Shown one piece after another: positions 59,024 through 64,000 of a stretch of DNA of 64,000 nucleotides. The first letter of the stretch is position 1, and every line of letters starts with the position of its first letter. Source of the DNA: the human T2T-CHM13v2.0 reference genome, Homo sapiens. The position numbers and the translations under genes are program-made. The stretch lies in assembly GCF_009914755.1 (NCBI RefSeq), contig NC_060925.1. One strand, written 5' to 3'. The notes beneath the pieces were generated by a model. It ran no database searches. It was not told where the DNA came from and worked only from the letters and a program-made list of their open reading frames with translations.

Positions 59024-59598
59024 CTAAAATTTCAGAAGACAATTACAGTTAAAGCAAACTGTGCTCACTGTGACTTTCAGCCTTTTGAGGAGCTTAATAA
59101 AGCTAAGCATGTAAGAAAGTATTAAAATTACTTAAATGTTACACGTATATGAATTTATATCCAGATTTATTGTATTCATTTATTGTAAAGTTTATTGTAT
59201 AAATTTTAATAGCTACTCCAATGCAGATATGTTTAAGAAAACTCATCGGTTAATATGTAGCTCACTTAATTATGACAATTTTATTATTCGAAAATTTTCA
59301 TTACATCGAAGTATAGTCAATGCTCAAATCAATCATAACACCATAACCTTATAAAAATTCATAGCAAGCTAACCTTTTCCTAATATGGCTATTCTACAAC
59401 TTAATTTAAATGCTAATTGTTTTTCATTGCTTCAGTATCATTATATTCATAATAAACCTTCTACAATTGGTACTCTCTAACTTAGCAGCATCCCTTAATT
59501 AACCTAGCTTATCGTCTATTATTGTGTCCCATATACACTTGGCAATCCAACAATAGCTTACTGGGGCTACCACTGAAATAGAAAACCCTCCGCATAAA

Positions 59599-59696
59599 AC
59601 ATGTATACATATGTAACCTGCACGTTGTGCACATGTACCCTAAAACTTAAAGTACAATAATAATAAAATTTTAAAAATAAAAAATAAAAATAAAAA
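59599..59696 (+). mobile_element. Very short young L1PA (PA2/3-like) 3' end
   Basis: acatgtatacatatgtaacctgcacgttgtgcacatgtaccctaaaacttaaagta followed by an A-rich tail. Confidence 0.85.
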
Positions 59697-59779
59697 GCCT
59701 GATGTTCTAAAAAAAAAGAAAAGAAAATTGACCCTTGTTTCAATGGATTATATCTCACTGGTGACAGAATTTGAACTAA

Positions 59780-59960
59780 ACCAGAGGTTCTCATCCTTAA
59801 TGTGCATAAAAATACATTTTTGGCATTGTTAAAAATACATATTCCTAAGCCCTCCCCTAAAGATTCTGATTTAGTAAATGAAGAATGGGGCCTAGGAGTT
59901 GGCACTTCAAAAATGCATTCGAGAAGCTTCTAATGCAGGTGAATCATATTTAAGAAATAA
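59780..59960. mobile_element. MER5A/B-like
   Basis: cagaggttctca...agattctgatttagta...ggggcctagga. Confidence 0.6.
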
Positions 59961-60564
59961 TGAATTAAACATACCAGGAAGATTATTTGCTACTGTTTGC
60001 TTACACAATAAACAAGGTATTCTTGGTAAAGGTATTCTTGAGTTTTATTTTCTGTGTTTCATATTCTATTACAAATCAAAATACAGGCCTCATTTGCAGC
60101 TATAACCTAACATTCATTTTGTAAAGTACCTAATATATAATTATACATTTACATTTCATATTTTCACAAATGCTACACTGAAAAGCCTTTTCTTTCATAG
60201 AGTTCATTACTGAATATCTTCAAAGGCCAATTAGATCAATTAGATCTTGGTTGCTTTCCAGTTTTTAAATAAAATTTACAAATCTACAAAATAAGAACAC
60301 CTACTGAGATTTTACGTCAGAAAAATACTTCTTTGCAAATTATTATAGATTTCTTATCCTTCCACTTCCCAGAAGAACTACAGATTAGAGATATAGATCA
60401 AAGCCTGATAATTTGATACCTCAACTTTGTAGTTGCCACTTTAAAGATCTTTAAAGTAAGGGACAGTAAGGGCTTGGAGATGGATACTTGATAAAGCTAC
60501 TACCTCATGATGTTACCAGCTTCATGACCCCACAAAGGTCTGACAGATACTGACTGTTCTAGAG

Positions 60565-60791
60565 ATAAGGTAAGCAAATTTTGTCTGTAAAAGGAAGACA
60601 GTAAATATTTTTGGCTTTGCAGCCTTACAACCTTTGCAGCAACTATTCAACTCCGCCTTTTTGGTGCAAAAATAGCCACGGACAGTTTATAAACAAATGG
60701 GAGTGTCAGTATTCAAATATAACTTTCTTTACAAAGATAGGCAGCAGATCAAATTTGGTCTGTGGGCTGCAGTTGGCTGACTGACCACTGC
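60565..60791 (+). mobile_element. MER58A
   Basis: ctgtaaaagg...agtaaatatttttggctttgc...caactattcaactc...atttggtctgtgggctgcagtt. Confidence 0.82.
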
Positions 60792-61129
60792 TCTAAAATA
60801 CAAAGGATATAATCAAGAATTTTGGCCAACAATAACAACGATGATTATTCTTCTTACTCTTAGTATTTTAATTATTAGGAAAGAAATTACCTAATCCTCT
60901 GTAGAGTTATATTCCAATATTTAATAAGTCTTGTCTGCTAACATTTACGATGTGGAACAGAGGTCTTGTTTGTAAAAATGGTGATAAGAAAAAGTGAGGG
61001 ACATGGTTTTTGATCCTGAACATGCCTGAGTCTATACGTTATCAGACAGTTCTCCGAGTCTCAGTTTTATCAATTAGAAAACGAAGAGGTTGCAATAGAT
61101 CACTAAGTTAACGTCATTTCTTTGGCTGG

Positions 61130-62015
61130 CAAAGGTATGACAATTCAACAACTACTCAAAACTAAACTCAAGATCTGCCCCCTCCAGCACCCACTCCAAA
61201 CTTGATCTCTTCTCTGGACACGTTCAAGGAAAGGCAACATGCCACCCCACTCCCCAACACCCACCTCCGCCCCAATGCAGATTCACAAGGCTAAAAACTT
61301 GAATTAATCCTTTACACCTCTTATACTTGACCAGTTACTGAATCTGCTCAATGTTACTTTCCAAATATCTTGGTACCTAAATATCTTGATTTCTTATATT
61401 TGCTTCATTTTATCTCCTCCACCAACTCCAAAAACGAAGCAACTACCACCTGTTGCCTGGATTCCTACACAGCTTTCTAAACTATCTCTCTAAATCTAAT
61501 CTTGGCCCCTCTATTTCCACCATAATGTGAGAATGATCTTTCCAAATGCAAACTGGATTATGTTACCCCCTTAAAGCCATTCATGGCTTGGCTTTCCGTT
61601 TTTCTTAATGTGTAAACTCTGGCCCAGCCCCACTTTTGCAGCCTTCCTTCTCTGTTTTCAAAACACTTTCTGTTACCTTTCACTTCCTGCTGTTTAGATA
61701 CTCCTCACCTCCACTGTCTTTGGATGCCATACCTAACTCAGCCATGATATCTCGTCTCAGCTTCACTTCCTCGTGGATGCCTTCCTTGAACTCCTAGCTG
61801 GGATGGTTTATTTTGTTTTTGTTTGTTTGCTTTTTGCTTACATGGAGCTGTGATTATTTTTATCAGAGCACTTAGTATGAAATTAAACATCATTTAAAGT
61901 AATACTTTGACTGATGTGTCTCTTCCAAGTTCCACAAATGCAAAGATGCTCTTTTTTGCTCACTGCTGTGTTCACACTGTCACAGTGAGGGATCAGATTA
62001 ATGAATGAGCAAGCA
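61130..62015 (+). mobile_element. L2 fragments
   Basis: gaatgatctttccaaatgcaaactggattatgttacccc...ttcacttcctc...atgaatgag end. Confidence 0.65.
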
Positions 62016-62261
62016 TCTAGGACAGAAATTCTCAAATTTTCTGATGTGCTTATATAATTTAATGTTACTTTGCTTTCAGACGTTCTGGTTTTACATTAGT
62101 GACTTCCGCATGTATAATTCTTGTAATTCTATTCTCTCCTACCAAGATGATATGAGTAAATCATCACTGCATATATATTTTCTTTTTCCTGTCATGATGA
62201 TAACTTAATCTGATCCATTCTTGTTCATTTTCACTCTTTGTTGGCAAATGAAACATCATTA

Positions 62262-62480
62262 TTGCATGGGGTTAAGTGCATGGGCTTTGGGGTCAAACTG
62301 GTCTGGATCATAATCCTGGATCTCTCAGTTACTAACTTTGTAAACATGGGCAAGTTACTTTATATAATCAGGCTTCAATTTTTTTAAACCTGCAAAATGA
62401 AGACAATAAAAACATTTCACTGAGCTGTTCTGAGGGTTAATTGCATTAATGTAGTAAAGAGCACAATAACTATTATTGTT
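62262..62480 (+). mobile_element. MIR
   Basis: ggttaagtgcatgggctttggggtcaaact...gggcaagttacttt...ctgcaaaatga. Confidence 0.75.
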
Positions 62481-62944
62481 GTATATGATAACATGACAAA
62501 CTATTTTTGTGGCTCAATAAACTTGAGCTCTTCTGCCTGACACTGTCATAAATATCATAATCAATCTAAAAATAGTGTTCAAATAGTATTTGCCTTGTAT
62601 TTTGCTAAGTATGGTGATTCTGCGCTCTAACCTGAAACAAAATGCCCATGAGATAAGAGTAATACAATTAACACAGCACATAATTCCTTATTAAATTATA
62701 AGAGGACAGACTGAAAGAGTGGTAGAAATTCAGGAAAAAATGGAAAAATCAGCCAATCAGGGAAACTTCCTGGGGAAATTGGATCTTGTCTGAGCCAAAT
62801 CTCAAATGTGTAAAGGGTTTGAATATAGTCATCAAACGTGAAGACCGTGGTATTCAGTGTCTTGTCTGCACTAGGCTTCACTTCTTACATGTGTGATTTC
62901 ACTTAATCCTTAAAAGAACTCTGGGAAGTAAATAAAAAATTCTT

Positions 62945-63500
62945 TAATCATTCCTTCATGTATTAATTCATTCGTCATATATTTATTCAGTACTTCCTCT
63001 GTACCAGACCTTGTTCTAGTTATTGGGGATATGCTGTGAACAAAACAAAGAAAAAGACTTCACAGGGAGCTTACATTCTAGTGGGATTGATAGCAAAGCA
63101 AAACCAAAAATGCTCCATATGGTATACTGCACAGTAATTTATTACACATTAGTTAATATTACATATTAAAAGTTGGAATATCCTTTGTAGAAAAGTAAAG
63201 TAAGGAATAAGGAAAGGAATCCTCAAGGAGGAGAAGTCATTTTAAACATGGTTCAGAGAAGGCCTCACTATTTTAGTAAGAAGCAATAATGTCTACAATT
63301 CAAAAGTTATGGTCAGAGAGCAAAGATACAAGACATGGAAGAAATATTTTTATAGTGGAAATTAACCTGGCCTAAATGAATCACTGGTGTGTGGAATGAA
63401 ACAGGAGAATGAGCCAAAGGCAAATGTTAGGCATTGAGTCTGGGTGACTGGGTGGTCTGGGTTCCTTTAACTGAGACATAGAGACCTGGAGTAGATTAGC
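62945..63500 (-). mobile_element. L2 3' end
   Basis: attcattcgtcatatatttattcagtac...gtgaacaaaacaa...ggagcttacattctagtggg. Confidence 0.75.
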
Positions 63501-64000
63501 ATTAATTTTATTTTGGAATCACTTTAGAATTCTGCACACACTGCAAGATAATTAGAAACACCCTAGGATATTACAACATATTACAGGCCAGAGCTGGAGT
63601 TACTGCTCAGAATAAATGTGTTGAGTTTCCCAAATGAGAAAACTGGGAATCATCATAGAAGGCTCCCTGTGCCTCGTCCACATCACCTTCCATGTTCCAC
63701 CAGGCTCCAAACCATTCCACCTCCTAAATATCCTGGAGGACATGATGGATATCCTCCCTCTTTGTGCCACTGAGGGCCAATTTGCACCATCCTGTTTCCC
63801 TGGTTCTGCATAACCCATCTCTTCTATCCTCAACTTTGTCTTATTGTCCTGCAAATACATTTTCAAAACACAAATCTTACGTAGGGTAAAAGGAACTGAG
63901 AGGAAGCAAACTATAGTTTATGGAACTTTTTCCAGTCATTCATGTCACAAATTCGCTGAACATGCACTATTTTGTTTAACCTTTATAGAGCCTTATAATG

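Larger units (their letters stand above)
59024..64000 (-). other. PLPPR5: PLPPR5 upstream intron (continues beyond the window)
   Basis: Lies upstream of the acceptor at 59024-59025. No further exon is recognisable; it contains L2/MIR/MER elements. Confidence 0.8.

Noticed and set aside
58880-59125. 81-aa plus-strand ORF over the PLPPR5 exon
   Set aside because: It is the antisense shadow of the real minus-strand exon, which has proper splice sites.

Overview
AT-rich, repeat-dense human (or closely related ape) genomic DNA containing the 3' end of PLPPR5 (phospholipid phosphatase-related 5; LPPR5/PRG5) on the minus strand. The ORF track misses both coding exons. The penultimate exon spans 59023 down to 58904 or 58889 (VVCVVNNFKGRQAENEHIHMDNLAQMPMISIPRVESPLEK, +/- VTSVQ through tandem donors). 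It is followed by a ~21.7 kb intron and a terminal exon starting at 37197 (NHITAFAEVT*) with a ~2.8 kb 3'UTR ending near an AATAAA at 34365-34370. Positions 1 to ~34300 are downstream intergenic DNA packed with transposons: a 5'-inverted L1PA, a full-length decayed L1PA6, a complete THE1 provirus, MER85, a three-level Tigger6>MLT1A>Tigger3a nest, solo LTRs and Alus. The listed ORFs appear to be transposon fragments or noise. I found no convincing undescribed system. The most useful leads are post-transcriptional signals in PLPPR5 (tandem donor, tandem Pumilio elements, extended miR-9 site, candidate alternative last exon) and several template-switch-type micro-rearrangements. Repeat subfamily names come from remembered consensus sequences and need RepeatMasker/Dfam confirmation.
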